Origin: Anolis carolinensis
Lineage: Eukaryota
Direction: 5' to 3'
Assembly (NCBI RefSeq): GCF_035594765.1
Contig: NC_085843.1
Location: 174,259,971 to 174,323,970 of the forward strand
Length of the DNA stretch: 64,000 bases
How positions within the stretch are numbered: the first letter of the stretch is position 1; the number at the start of each line of letters is the position of its first letter. A program made the translations under genes and the position numbers. Shown piece by piece: positions 63,995 through 64,000 of this stretch. The notes beneath the pieces were generated by a model that made no database searches, was not told the origin of the DNA, and saw nothing but the letters and a program-made list of their open reading frames with translations.

Positions 63995-64000
63995 TAAGTG

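Overview
AT-rich vertebrate DNA dominated by transposable elements. The repeat set (Sauria SINEs, BovB/RTE, CR1 with ATTCTATG tail, L2, Penelope, hAT/Harbinger/Tc1/Chapaev-type MITEs) points to a squamate, most likely an Anolis-type lizard (inference). I recognise no host protein-coding gene. The centrepiece is a four-level nest at 40920-51803: a non-autonomous hAT element (8-bp TSD) contains a Sauria SINE, which is split by a full-length CR1 LINE, whose ORF1 is split by a very young Ty3/Gypsy (Tf1/sushi-like) element (302-bp LTRs, 1 mismatch, 6-bp TSD). The Gypsy element carries the most interesting signals. (1) A consensus splice donor sits exactly at the gag/protease border and a consensus acceptor sits between the pol stop and the PPT, so the whole pol region looks like a 3228-nt intron; the Gag-only RNA would keep PBS, PPT and LTRs. 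(2) The PBS is complementary to the predicted 5' end of the element's own transcript (tRNA-independent self-priming). (3) Most of the capsid domain appears deleted in frame while pol is intact. Other items: a second cargo-carrying hAT with R4/Dong fragments in (AAT)n tracts, a Penelope-derived perfect 60-bp inverted repeat next to a truncated Copia, elements re-inserted into earlier TSDs, and a decayed ~45-bp tandem array. Family names come from motif recognition, not database searches. Boundaries of old repeats are approximate.
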